Part shown: piece after piece, positions 34,659 through 44,148 of the stretch
Position numbering within the stretch: position 1 is the stretch's first letter
Layout of the letters: each line of letters opens with the position of its first letter
Assembly: GCA_963825525.1 (NCBI GenBank)
Contig: CAWGTN010000002.1
Span: 1,472,001-1,536,000 of the forward strand
Length of the DNA stretch: 64,000 nt
Reading direction: 5' to 3'
Source of the DNA: an uncultured Chloroflexia bacterium
Lineage (GTDB): Bacteria > Chloroflexota > Limnocylindria > QHBO01
Notes under the pieces: model-generated
Told to the model about the DNA's origin: nothing
What the model saw: the letters and a program-made list of their open reading frames with translations, nothing else
Database searches by the model: none
Position numbers and translations under genes: made by a program

Positions 34659-35123
34659 ATGCCCGACGAGACGATCGCCGTCAACCGACGCGCCCGACAC
34701 GACTACACCATCGAGGACACCCTCGAGGCTGGCCTCGTGCTGTCCGGGACCGAGATCAAGAGCATCCGGGAACACAAGGTCAACATCGCCGAGGCCTACG
34801 CCAGGGTCGACAAGGGCGAGGCGTGGCTCATCGGCGCCCACATCGCCGAGTATGCCCAGGGCAACCGCAACAACCACGCGCCGACGCGGACGCGCAAGCT
34901 CCTCCTGCACCGCGACCAGATCGCGGAGCTGACCGGCCTTCAATCGGCCAAGGGGCTCACCATCGTTCCGCTGCGGCTTTACATCAGCCGGGGTCGGGCC
35001 AAGCTGGAGCTCGGGATCGCGCGCGGTAAGAAGATCCACGACAAGCGCCGATCGATCGCCGAGCGAGACATGCGCCGTGAGCTGGACCGCGAGTCAAAGC
35101 AGGCCGGCCGGATCAAGCTCTAG
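34659..35123 (+). CDS. smpB: SsrA-binding protein
   Basis: NRRARHDY, EAGLVLSGTEIKSIR, RTRKLLLH, GKKIHDKR. Confidence 0.97.
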   Translation: MPDETIAVNRRARHDYTIEDTLEAGLVLSGTEIKSIREHKVNIAEAYARVDKGEAWLIGAHIAEYAQGNRNNHAPTRTRKLLLHRDQIAELTGLQSAKGLTIVPLRLYISRGRAKLELGIARGKKIHDKRRSIAERDMRRELDRESKQAGRIKL

Positions 35124-35160
35124 AACACCTGTTCATATCGGCTTGTTCGTCTGATACAAT
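35122..35160 (+). promoter_or_regulatory. tmRNA promoter overlapped by a LexA-type box
   Basis: -35 TTCATA (35132-37), 17 bp, extended -10 TGnTACAAT (35152-60); GAAC-ACCT-GTTC at 35123-35134. Confidence 0.6.
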
Positions 35161-35179
35161 TGGTGTCTGATTGGTTCAT

Positions 35180-35542
35180 GGGGATGTCAGGTTTCGACAG
35201 TGCCCGGGGACCGAGAATCGCAGGTCGAGGTTGCTCGCAGGCCTCGTTAAACAGCGGGCAATTGCTGTAACTGGCAACGATAGTTACGCCTTCGCTGCTT
35301 AGGCAGTGAACATCGACGCCGTCCCCCCTCCCCGGGCGGCGAAGATGTCATTAGGGGAGGTGCGGCGTCGCCGACTCCGGTGAGTGGCGTCAAAGAGCCG
35401 AAAGGCATCACCGGATAGCAGGCGAAGCACCCCGCCGGTCGGGGGCCCGCATTGCGAAGCGCAAGTTGGCCGGAAATACCTGTAGGAAGTTCTCGGCGAC
35501 CGTGTTCTGGACGGGGAGTTCGATTCTCCCCCATCTCCACCA
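35180..35542 (+). ncRNA. ssrA: tmRNA; tag peptide (A)GNDSYAFAA at 35273-35302
   Basis: 5' GGGGATG...TTCGAC; 3' GGACGGGGAGTTCGATTCTCCCCCATCTCCACCA; TAACT before resume codon; directly follows smpB. Confidence 0.96.
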
Positions 35543-35623
35543 CATTCCAACTCCTGATCGACTTCTGGCGTGTTATCGGACTCATGAATTGGCCGTTTTG
35601 GCCGTCTCTCGGGTCCCAGGTCG

Positions 35624-36397
35624 GTGGACCGCTTGCTCCTCTTGCTCTGGCTGGACGGCTGGCCGATCGAGCCTGATCGCGTTCGCCGTGCCTTGCGAGC
35701 GTGTCTGCCGCAGCTACCTACTCGCAAGCTGACCGAAGCAGATCGTGATCGCATCAGCCCGCACGCCGTGAGCCACGCAGCGGCCTTGCAACGTAGGCTG
35801 CCCCCATCCCACCCAAAGTCCATCGAAGCCGCGGAGGTGGCCGAGTTCTTCGCTCTGTTCGCGTTGGGTGATCAACTCGAGCCCTCCGACCAATTGGCGC
35901 CGATCATCTCAAAGGCCATGGGCTTGGATCGTGCAGCCCGCGATCGCGTCGGCGACGCCGAGCCATGGTACGACCCCAGCGGCGGTCTGGCGCCCTTGCT
36001 GCAAGGCTTCTCGCTGCCCGAATTGCACCAACTGATTGAAGAGTCGACCGACCTCGAGCTACAGGCAGCTCGCGCACCGTCGCGAATTCTCGTCCATGAC
36101 TTCTGCCGGGTGGTCGAAGCGATGGAACTCGCCTATGGCCGCGGTGTTGCTGGCTTCAGCGTTGCGCGTTCGCTAGAGTCGCGCACTGCTGAGCTCGCGG
36201 TCCTGGCAGCGCTCCGAGCCATGCGTGCCGGGCTAGGCGAGGTGCTGCAGCAATTCACCGCCGCGATGAACTCAGCGCCGATGAGCGAAGTCCTCGCGAC
36301 GCTGCCAGAGGCGCGCGCGTGGCTGGCTGCGCATCCCGAGCGCCTCCGCATCCAGCGCATCGGGCAGCTGGCATACCAGGAGCGCCCGGCGAGCTGA
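35624..36397 (+). CDS. Hypothetical helical protein, probably 5'-truncated
   Basis: 257-aa ORF with no RBS, abutting the tmRNA end. Confidence 0.5.
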   Translation: MDRLLLLLWLDGWPIEPDRVRRALRACLPQLPTRKLTEADRDRISPHAVSHAAALQRRLPPSHPKSIEAAEVAEFFALFALGDQLEPSDQLAPIISKAMGLDRAARDRVGDAEPWYDPSGGLAPLLQGFSLPELHQLIEESTDLELQAARAPSRILVHDFCRVVEAMELAYGRGVAGFSVARSLESRTAELAVLAALRAMRAGLGEVLQQFTAAMNSAPMSEVLATLPEARAWLAAHPERLRIQRIGQLAYQERPAS

Positions 36398-36534
36398 CCG
36401 ATACACCACTGGCCTTCGATGTCGGCAGGCCTGACCCATCTGCAATGATAGTGGGATGACAGGCTGCCACCGCGGCCAGCGAGAGCCGACACCTTGACTG
36501 ACGAGCGGCATCGGCACGCCCGCGACTAAATAGG

Positions 36535-36903
36535 ATGTACTTCCTGCGCACATCGCTGGCCGCCGCAGCGATCGCGATGGTCCTCAATGCCTGCGGGGCT
36601 GACATGCCTACCCAGACGGCTGGCGGTTTGGCGGCGCTGCCGGGAACGTGGGATTGCCAGCAGGCGGGAACGGTGGTGATCCTTGATGAGGGTCACTATG
36701 AGGCCGGCGAACCACCGGTGGTGGGCCACTTCCTGTCCACGCGAGATGCGAGCCAAATGAGCTTCCTCGACGACGGGCCACTGGGCGGGCGCTCCGGCCG
36801 CTGGGACCCAGCTCGCGACGAGATCGTATTGGCTGGCGAGGGAGGGCAGATCACCTGTCGCAAGATCGCGCCTGCGCCTTCGTTCGACCACTCGGCCCAC
36901 TAG
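36535..36903 (+). CDS. Hypothetical lipoprotein
   Basis: Signal peptide with LNAC lipobox; followed by a hairpin. Confidence 0.65.
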   Translation: MYFLRTSLAAAAIAMVLNACGADMPTQTAGGLAALPGTWDCQQAGTVVILDEGHYEAGEPPVVGHFLSTRDASQMSFLDDGPLGGRSGRWDPARDEIVLAGEGGQITCRKIAPAPSFDHSAH

Positions 36904-36950
36904 CCACCGGCTTCATTCACGCTGCCGCATGCGTCAGCCTCTGCAAGCGG

Positions 36951-36979
36951 GAGGCACCAACGCTATGCGTCGGTGCCTC
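36951..36979. terminator. Hairpin between convergent genes
   Basis: GAGGCACCAACGC-TAT-GCGTCGGTGCCTC. Confidence 0.55.
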
Positions 36980-37016
36980 ACCGGAGTTCGCTAACAGCAG
37001 ATCTGAAAGCGTTGCG

Positions 37017-37370
37017 TCAGCAGATCTGACCGGCTTGGACGTTGGTGATGGATTGGCTCTCAAACGTGTGACCGCCCTGGGTCACGAACGCTTGCTGGGT
37101 GTAGGTGTGGTAGGTGCAGGTATAGAAGCGGTGGCTGAAGCCACGTGACAGGTTCGAAGTGTTGACGACCGGACACGACGTGCCATCGCCATAACAGAAC
37201 ACGACCTGCGTATTTCCGCCCCCGTTCCAGCTCACTGTCCACGAGGCAAGAGCGCCGGAGGCCCTTGTCTGCGAGTTCGGAGCGACGTCGGACCAGGTGT
37301 GGCCGAGCACCGGCACGGAGAGGATGAGCGTTAGGCAGGCGGCAAGCACCAGCCCGAGACGTAGACGCAT
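37017..37370 (-). CDS. 117-aa secreted beta-rich protein, PKD-like, four Cys in mature region
   Basis: MRLRLGLVLAACLTLILSVPVLG signal; FCYGDGTSC, FSHRFYTC, C-terminal QIC. Confidence 0.7.
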   Translation of the reverse strand: MRLRLGLVLAACLTLILSVPVLGHTWSDVAPNSQTRASGALASWTVSWNGGGNTQVVFCYGDGTSCPVVNTSNLSRGFSHRFYTCTYHTYTQQAFVTQGGHTFESQSITNVQAGQIC

Positions 37371-37525
37371 TTCACTACCCCCAAATGATGGGAAGTCGTC
37401 GTCCGCGCGGCACCTGCAACTCTGCGCCCTTCCCAGACCTCTGTCAAGTACAGTATGACAACGCCTGAAATAATGCTTTGCCGCCCTATACGGGGACACA
37501 GACGCAAGTTGAAAGGAAGCCAGAG

Positions 37526-40234
37526 ATGGCTGCTCGGGTAGTGCCTGGGCCGCTCACGCGGTTGCGGCGCTCGCGGCTCACGCTGTTCGCTGTGCTGGTG
37601 CTGGCGACCTTCGCGGCTGGCGCTGGCTACATGCGCGAGGCCGCGTTCGTTCGGCTGCAAGGCACGGTCGATGCGAACTGGCGTGGCGCCTTCGACCTGC
37701 TCGTACGGCCGCAGGGGGCACGTCTGCCGATCGAAGACACCGCCGGGCTCGTGGAGCCGAACTACCTGTCCTTCAGCGGTGAAGGTGGCATATCGCTCGC
37801 CGATCTGGAGCGCATTCGCGATCTTCCGACTGTGGAACTCGCCGCGCCGGTCGCGACGATCGGGAACGTGCGCTACGTCGTGGGCGGGCCTGCCATCGCG
37901 ATCGCCGAATTGCCGGAGCAACCGACGCTCTACGAGCTCGTGGTCCGTGCTGAGTCATCTGACGGTGTCGAGTCCGTCCTTGTCCAGGAGGAGCGGGCAC
38001 GACTGCTGATCGGCCCGGCTGACCTGAGCGCCGACACCGTGCCGTTCTCGATCGAGACCGGAAGCTTCTCCTGGGGCGTCGACGGGCTCTACGTTTTCCT
38101 CTCGTCACTGCCCGCGATCGCCAGCCCGGTGATCGCTGTCGATCCGGTCGCCGAGCGCGAGCTGCTTGGCTCGAGCACGGAGTTCCTGGCGCCGTTGGAA
38201 GCCGTCGCTGCGCTGCCCGAGGCACCGATCGCCCGCGACTTCGAATTGGTACGCATCCCCGAAGTGTTCGAGGATCAGCGCTTCCTGGTAAGCGCCCTCG
38301 CAACCGACCCCAACTCTCCGGCGGCCAGACGCCCGGTGATCCCGGTGGCGGTCAGTTCGACGATCTACGCGCCGCTGACAATCAGCCTTCAAGTGAGCCA
38401 GGTGGGCCAGCCACTTGCCGACTATCCAACCGGTGCAAACGAGGATGAGCGACTGGCGACGGCCAGTCAGCAGGCGGGAGACGGCCTGACCGAAGTTGGT
38501 GCCTCGTCGATCGACGCCAGCGAGTCTCTCCGTCCCCTGCAACCGCCGATGCTGGAGATCCTCTGGCCCGGCTCTGGCGAACCGCCCGGCTCGGCGGGAT
38601 CGATCGGTGTCGCTGCCGACCTGACGGCCGAGCTGGCGGGTCGACCGGAGTACACGGCGCTGGCGCCGCGCCGCGAAGGCGGACCACTGGCCTTCGGAGT
38701 GGAGCCACAGGGCTGGGTGGACAGCAGCGGCACCGTTCGCGAAGCGGCCGCGTCAGACGAGCGACTACGCATCGGGCTCGAGCCCGCCTTCCGCCCCAGT
38801 CGGCCAGCGTCAGTGCCGCTGCTGGAAACGTACCAGCCCACGGGTCCTCTCGACCGACCCTTCGTATTCGCACCGGTCTCGCAGTTCGATCTGGACAGCC
38901 TCGATCTGCCCGTCAACCCGCTGAACTACGTGCCGCTTGGTGCCTACTCCGCGCCGGATACGACCTACGTCGCCGGCCCCGATGGCGAGCCGGTCGAGCC
39001 GGTGTCGATGACGCCGACGCTCAATCCTCGCGGCTTGACCACCCTTCCCCCGCTGGCCATCACCGATCTGCGCAGCGCGGTGACCCTCCGTGGGGAAGCT
39101 CCAATCGACGCCATCCGCATCCGCGTGGCCGGCATTGATCGCTTCGACGACGCGGCGATCGCCCGCGTCGAGCGAGCCGCATCGGCCATCGCCGCCATGG
39201 GCTTCGACGTGGACATCGTCGCCGGTTCTTCGCCTCAGCCGGTCGAGGTCCTGGTCGCGGGACTCGGCGACGATGGGGCAAGCGCTCCACGCGGCTGGGT
39301 CGAGCAACCGTGGACGACGCTGGGAGCGGCTGAGCGCGTCGTCGTTGGCTTCAGCACCATCAACACGGCCCTGCTGATCTTGAGCGCCCTCACCGCGCTT
39401 ACCTTGGGAAGCGGATTGCTGGTGATGCAGCGCGCGGTCCGCCGCAGCGAGGTGGGCGTTCTAAATGCCTTGGGCTGGTCGCGCTGGCAGGTGGCGCGCT
39501 GGATGGTTGGGGAGGCGCTCTGGGCCGGCGGGCTGGTGCTGGTCATCGGCGTCGCGGCATGGTGGCTGGCCGGGCGCGGCAGCCCTATCGGGCTGGCCGT
39601 CTCCGTGGCGCTGGCGGCACTGTTGCCCATTGTCGCCGCCGCTGGCGCGCTGGCGGCGCTGCGTGCTGGCGTGACCTCGAAGGCAGTCAGCAGCGGCGAC
39701 ATCGATGTGCGCACAGCCCGCGTCGTTTCGCACGTCGGCCGGCCCTTTACCTATGGGCTGCGCACGGCGGTCGCTCGTCCAGTGCGCTCCCTGGTGATCG
39801 CCGTCGCCCTGGCCATCGCATCAGCCTCGGCCGCTGCCGGCGCGGTGACGGTCGCGACAACGGCAACGGCGGTCGGTCCCACTCGCCTCGCGCAGGCACT
39901 GGCACAACAACTTGGGCTGGCTCAGGTGGGGATGCTGCTGGCGGCCGTTGTCGGCACAGCGATTGTCGGTTTCGCGCTCCTGCGGATGGACTTGGCCTCG
40001 CGTCGTACCGAGCTGCGCGTCCTGGCCGCATGTGGGTGGGATGGCCGTCACACGCGAACCATGCTCTTCGCGCACCGCCTGGCCATCGCCGGCCCTGCAG
40101 TGATAGCAGCCGCCGGCGTTGGCTGGCTGCTGAGCGTGGGACTACTTGGGCAGCGGGACCTTGTGGTGCTAGCAATCGCCCCGGTCACGGTGCTTGCATT
40201 GCTGATGACGGAGGTACGATGGTCGACTCGATAG
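37526..40234 (+). CDS. Large FtsX/MacB-type ABC permease with ~600-aa extracytoplasmic domain
   Basis: One N-terminal TM; FDLLVRP..LVEPNYLS..GGISL; two FtsX-like motifs RRSEVGVLNALGW and RRTELRVLAACGW; AAAGGAAG RBS. Confidence 0.85.
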   Translation: MAARVVPGPLTRLRRSRLTLFAVLVLATFAAGAGYMREAAFVRLQGTVDANWRGAFDLLVRPQGARLPIEDTAGLVEPNYLSFSGEGGISLADLERIRDLPTVELAAPVATIGNVRYVVGGPAIAIAELPEQPTLYELVVRAESSDGVESVLVQEERARLLIGPADLSADTVPFSIETGSFSWGVDGLYVFLSSLPAIASPVIAVDPVAERELLGSSTEFLAPLEAVAALPEAPIARDFELVRIPEVFEDQRFLVSALATDPNSPAARRPVIPVAVSSTIYAPLTISLQVSQVGQPLADYPTGANEDERLATASQQAGDGLTEVGASSIDASESLRPLQPPMLEILWPGSGEPPGSAGSIGVAADLTAELAGRPEYTALAPRREGGPLAFGVEPQGWVDSSGTVREAAASDERLRIGLEPAFRPSRPASVPLLETYQPTGPLDRPFVFAPVSQFDLDSLDLPVNPLNYVPLGAYSAPDTTYVAGPDGEPVEPVSMTPTLNPRGLTTLPPLAITDLRSAVTLRGEAPIDAIRIRVAGIDRFDDAAIARVERAASAIAAMGFDVDIVAGSSPQPVEVLVAGLGDDGASAPRGWVEQPWTTLGAAERVVVGFSTINTALLILSALTALTLGSGLLVMQRAVRRSEVGVLNALGWSRWQVARWMVGEALWAGGLVLVIGVAAWWLAGRGSPIGLAVSVALAALLPIVAAAGALAALRAGVTSKAVSSGDIDVRTARVVSHVGRPFTYGLRTAVARPVRSLVIAVALAIASASAAAGAVTVATTATAVGPTRLAQALAQQLGLAQVGMLLAAVVGTAIVGFALLRMDLASRRTELRVLAACGWDGRHTRTMLFAHRLAIAGPAVIAAAGVGWLLSVGLLGQRDLVVLAIAPVTVLALLMTEVRWSTR

Positions 40235-40917
40235 CCCCAGTCACAGGCACCACGGCAAGCGCCGGCCCGGCGCTGGAGTTGCGCGATGTCGGGATGGTGT
40301 ACACCGACTCGGACGGTGAGCCACTTCACGTCGTATCCGGTCTGACGTTGGTCGCACGCCCGGGGCAGATGGTCTGCCTGGCCGGCCGCTCCGGATCGGG
40401 TAAGACGACGGTGATCAACATCGCGGCCGGTCTGCTCCACCCAACCAGCGGCCAGGTCAGCTGGGCTGCCCTCGACCTCGCGGATCTCAGCGCCGACGAA
40501 CTCATCCGCGAGCGCGGTCGCCGCATCGGCATCGTCTTTCAGAACGCCGCCCTCATCCCCACGCTGCGCGCGGGGGAGAACGTGGCGTTGCCGGCGATGG
40601 TCAGCCCGGCGCGGCACAACGGCGCCGCCGACCGTGTTCAGCACCTACTTAGCACGGTCGGATTGGCTGACCGTCGAAGCCATTTCCCAAGCCAGCTCTC
40701 CGGCGGCGAGCAGCAGCGCGTCGCCTTGGCGCGGGCGCTGTTCCGAGATCCGGGTCTCCTACTGGCCGACGAGCCGACGGCCAGCCTCGACCGACGCAGC
40801 GCCGACCACATTATCGGCTTGCTCGTGGCGCTGCGGCAGGAGCAGCACGCGATCGTGGTTGCCACCCATGACGAGGCCCTGATCGCGGCCAGCGACCTCG
40901 TCATCAGAATGGACTGA
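40219..40917 (+). CDS. ABC transporter ATP-binding protein (LolD/MacB-like)
   Basis: [43 protein letters not shown]. Confidence 0.92.
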   Translation: MVDSIAPVTGTTASAGPALELRDVGMVYTDSDGEPLHVVSGLTLVARPGQMVCLAGRSGSGKTTVINIAAGLLHPTSGQVSWAALDLADLSADELIRERGRRIGIVFQNAALIPTLRAGENVALPAMVSPARHNGAADRVQHLLSTVGLADRRSHFPSQLSGGEQQRVALARALFRDPGLLLADEPTASLDRRSADHIIGLLVALRQEQHAIVVATHDEALIAASDLVIRMD

Positions 40918-40921
40918 CGTG

Positions 40922-41509
40922 ATGCGAAATGCTGTCGTGACCACAGCGATCCTGGTTGTCATCGCCGGCTGTTCCGCGCCGGCCCCAAACGAGCCCACTG
41001 CCACAGCCTCAGTAGCCGAAAGCGACCGTGAAGCCGCGGCCACCTCTGCTGGCCTATCGGCTGACCAACTGGTCCCGCTCGACGACGGCTTCGTCGCCGC
41101 GTCGTTCGACGCGGGCTCGTCGCTCCAGCTGATCTGGGTCCGCCCGGGCGCCCAAGGGTTCGAGACTTCCGTGCTGGTGACGCTGGACGAGCAGCGCGCG
41201 GAGGGAACCTCGCGGATCAGCACGCACCCTGTCAGTTGCGCGGCAGACGTGGGGCTAACCCGAACGCGCTTTATCGTCGGACAGGCCACCGAGCACGACG
41301 CCTTGCAGATGTCCGGGCTCCCAGCCGTCGGAGGTCAGGTGGTGGATGACGCCTACGTCTTCGCGATCGACCCCACGGCGTCCAGCGCCGGCTGGTCGTT
41401 GCAGAGCGCCGATGGCCAGCAGGTGGCGACCGCAGATCCGTCCTGGTTCACTAGCTCACCGCTACCTCCGACCGAAGGCGAGCTGTGCTCGTCGGTGGCA
41501 GAGCATTGA
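40922..41509 (+). CDS. Hypothetical lipoprotein
   Basis: VIAGC lipobox; follows the ATPase in the operon. Confidence 0.7.
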   Translation: MRNAVVTTAILVVIAGCSAPAPNEPTATASVAESDREAAATSAGLSADQLVPLDDGFVAASFDAGSSLQLIWVRPGAQGFETSVLVTLDEQRAEGTSRISTHPVSCAADVGLTRTRFIVGQATEHDALQMSGLPAVGGQVVDDAYVFAIDPTASSAGWSLQSADGQQVATADPSWFTSSPLPPTEGELCSSVAEH

Positions 41510-41616
41510 CGAGCGCAGCAATCGGACCAAGATCGTCCAGCTCATGGTCCTTACTGTCCATGCGCGCAAGATCGCATGCCACACCTGCGTTGGCTGGTGC
41601 GACCTACCGATGAACC

Positions 41617-42144
41617 ATGTCTGTCGATGAGGGTGCATTGACCGAGGTAGCGGGTCGGGCCACGAGCGACCTGGACCACCGGCTCGCCGTGCTCGATGAG
41701 CGCTTTGCGCAGATCCGACCGCGGCTGGTAGGCGTCTGTCGCTCGCTTGCCGGCGACGCCGCCGAGGATGCGGTGCAGGACGCCTACCTGGCCGCTCGGG
41801 GCGCGGTTGGGTCCTTGCGCGATCTAGCAGCGATCGACGGCTGGCTAACGACGATCGCCGTGCGCCAATGCATTTCGGGCCATCGCCGTACGAAGCGCCT
41901 GCGTGACCGCCTGGCTGATCTGCTCCCGCGACAGGTGGCCCCGGCACCGGATCTGGGGTTGCGCGAACTCCTCGATCGCCTACCCGCGCGCTCGCGCGCC
42001 GTCTTGGTCCTTCACCACGGCTATGGCTACTCGCTCGCCGAGGTCGCCGACATCCTCGGGATTACCCACACCAACGCCCGATCCATCTCCGCTCGAGCAC
42101 GACACCGCCTGATGCAGCAGGCGCGGGAGGCCGACCATGCGTAG
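41617..42144 (+). CDS. ECF sigma factor
   Basis: AEDAVQDAY, GWLTTIAVRQC, LPARSRAVLVL..GYSLAEVADILG...RARHRL. Confidence 0.88.
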   Translation: MSVDEGALTEVAGRATSDLDHRLAVLDERFAQIRPRLVGVCRSLAGDAAEDAVQDAYLAARGAVGSLRDLAAIDGWLTTIAVRQCISGHRRTKRLRDRLADLLPRQVAPAPDLGLRELLDRLPARSRAVLVLHHGYGYSLAEVADILGITHTNARSISARARHRLMQQAREADHA

Positions 42145-42826
42145 GTGCCGGCAAAGGGAGCAGCTCACGAGCGCACTGGCGGCTGAAGAGCCAATCAGCC
42201 GCGAGCTGTCCGGCCATGCGGCGTCGTGCGCCGACTGCACGGCGGTGCTGGCAGCCGGCCGCCGCTTCGAGGGTCACCTGCAGGCTGCAATGGATCAGTT
42301 GATCACCGACGCCCTTCCGCCGGAAACTTTGGCCGCCGCCCGCATGGGTGCGCCGGCTGGACGGAGATCGCAACTCCCGCGCCTCGTACTCTCCGGGCTG
42401 AGCGCAGCCGCGCTGCTGCTGTTCGCCGCCGTGGGCGTCGCCGCCACCGGCGTCGGCGTGCTCGGTGCATTGGCGGACCGGTCTCCGGTCACTGAGGGCG
42501 AATTGCGCCACGGTAACTTTTCGGAGTGCTACGTCACCGAAGTCTTGGCCCGGGGCCACGACCATGCCTCAGGCGAGACCGCCACTGTCGAGCACTGCCT
42601 GGTCGATGTGTCAGGTGGGACGCTGACCGGCGACTACGAAGCCGTCGCGATCATCAATCGCGAAGCTGAAGAGACATCAGCGTGCCTGCGGGCACGCGGC
42701 TGGGACATCGAACCCGAGCTGGAGCCGGACGGACGCTTCCTCATTCCACCGGCCTCGCCACCGACGGGCGGCGACGACGAGCTCTACCTCCGCGACATGC
42801 AAGCTTGCGCGGCCGAAGGTCGATAA
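42137..42826 (+). CDS. Zinc-binding (ZAS) transmembrane anti-sigma factor
   Basis: HAASCADC (HxxxCxxC), one TM, extracytoplasmic Cys-containing domain; overlaps the ECF stop. Confidence 0.8.
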   Translation: MRRCRQREQLTSALAAEEPISRELSGHAASCADCTAVLAAGRRFEGHLQAAMDQLITDALPPETLAAARMGAPAGRRSQLPRLVLSGLSAAALLLFAAVGVAATGVGVLGALADRSPVTEGELRHGNFSECYVTEVLARGHDHASGETATVEHCLVDVSGGTLTGDYEAVAIINREAEETSACLRARGWDIEPELEPDGRFLIPPASPPTGGDDELYLRDMQACAAEGR

Positions 42827-43006
42827 CGTGCCGTCCCTCAGTAGGAAGGCAACTCGCGATCATCGGCGCCGAAAAGTGGCAAGCCGAGGCGTGGCGCATG
42901 CGCCTACGCGAAAACTTGACAAGCGGGGCTTCCAGACGAACTTCAGCGAATGACTTTGCCTCATGTGCCGCTCTCGCAGGCGCTGACCTTGGCGCATGCC
43001 GCCAGC

Positions 43007-43357
43007 ATGGCGCCTAAGGCGACGAAGCGGCTCCGCCATGGCACGGCTCTCGCCACAGTATTGCTAGCACTTGCCATAGCCGCATGTGCGAGTATCAGTA
43101 TGCCGGGATTGACTTGCGCCGGGCCGGATGCGAGAACGTGCCAACAAGCCGCCTCGCTTGCTCTGGAGCGCGGGGTCTTTGTGCCCCACGCTGATCTCGC
43201 CGGCCCGGTTCGCGTGACGTACACATCAGCAACCGAGTGGATGGGCGCGAAGCGACCACTTCTCGATGTCTCGTTTGAAGTGAGGACGGCGTCGCGACCA
43301 ATCGTAGTGACGGTCGGCGAGATGGACGACGGCCGCCTCACAGTTTGCACGTACTAG
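43007..43357 (+). CDS. Small Cys-containing lipoprotein
   Basis: IAAC lipobox; TCAGPDARTC and C-terminal VCTY. Confidence 0.55.
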   Translation: MAPKATKRLRHGTALATVLLALAIAACASISMPGLTCAGPDARTCQQAASLALERGVFVPHADLAGPVRVTYTSATEWMGAKRPLLDVSFEVRTASRPIVVTVGEMDDGRLTVCTY

Positions 43358-43592
43358 CCGGTCCTCGTCAGTCAGACTCCTCGGAGAGCAACGCTCGGAA
43401 CGCATCGATGGGGCGGAGCCCGATGGCCAGCGCCGACAGTTGCGCATCACGCCCGCCGAACAGTGCCTGATAGGCACAGCGCCCACGCGCCGCCGTTCCT
43501 CGTAGTTTCCGGCAAGACCGGTTGACCCGCTGTGCTACGGTCCGTCGGCGGGTCGGGGGGCCCATTGATCTACATGGAGGGTGTTGGATCGC

Positions 43593-44148
43593 ATGGATTT
43601 CTCTAAGCTCTCATCGACCGAAAAGCTGGCCGTTTACGGGTCGGTCGGGGTCATCGTCGGCGGACTGGTTGGATACAGCTACGGATTGACGGTCCTGGCC
43701 GTCCTGGCCGCCATCGTCATGCTCGTGATCGTCCTGTTGCCGCAGTTGTCACCGAGCACGACTCTTCCCGGTTCGCGCGGAAGCCTCATGGTCGCGGTCG
43801 GCGGGCTGGCGGGAATCGTGATGCTCCTTGCCCTGCTGGTCTCGATCAACACCGTATTTCTCTCGTTCAACTTCCGCGACGCCTTCTTCCTGATCGCAGT
43901 CGCCGGCGGTCTCCTCATGGCGTGGAGCTGGCTGGCAGGCGTTCCAGGCCGAAGGCGGGAAGTTCAACGTCGGCACCACGGCCTCGTCCTCGTCACCGGC
44001 AGCCAGCACCCCGGCAGCCACCAGCGACCCGGCACCCACCAGCGACCCGGCACCGGGCGAGCCGGTCGCCAGCGCATCGGCTCCGGCAACCGACCCGGCA
44101 CCCAGCGAGCCGGTCGCCGACACGAGGGACGACCGACCGGAGGCCTAG
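43593..44148 (+). CDS. Four-TM membrane protein with Pro/Ala/Ser/Thr-rich repeat tail (apparent frameshift ~43926)
   Basis: MDFSKLSSTEKLAVYG...; shifted frame gives AGWQAFQAEGGKF...PAATSDPAPTSDPAP...*; GGAGG RBS. Confidence 0.7.

Larger units (their letters stand above)
35543..43500. mobile_element. Putative genomic island at the tmRNA 3' end (no integrase or att repeat seen)
   Basis: Begins right after CCA; visibly more A/T-ending codons; only accessory genes; first ORF appears 5'-truncated. Confidence 0.55.

Noticed and set aside
43360-43580. Right att site or integrase remnant of the tmRNA island
   Set aside because: No duplication of the tmRNA 3' end and no recombinase motif recognisable by eye.
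44005-44125. Short tandem DNA repeats (CCAGCGACCCGGCAC) as a non-coding element
   Set aside because: They encode the Pro/Ala/Ser/Thr low-complexity tail of the 43593-44148 membrane protein.
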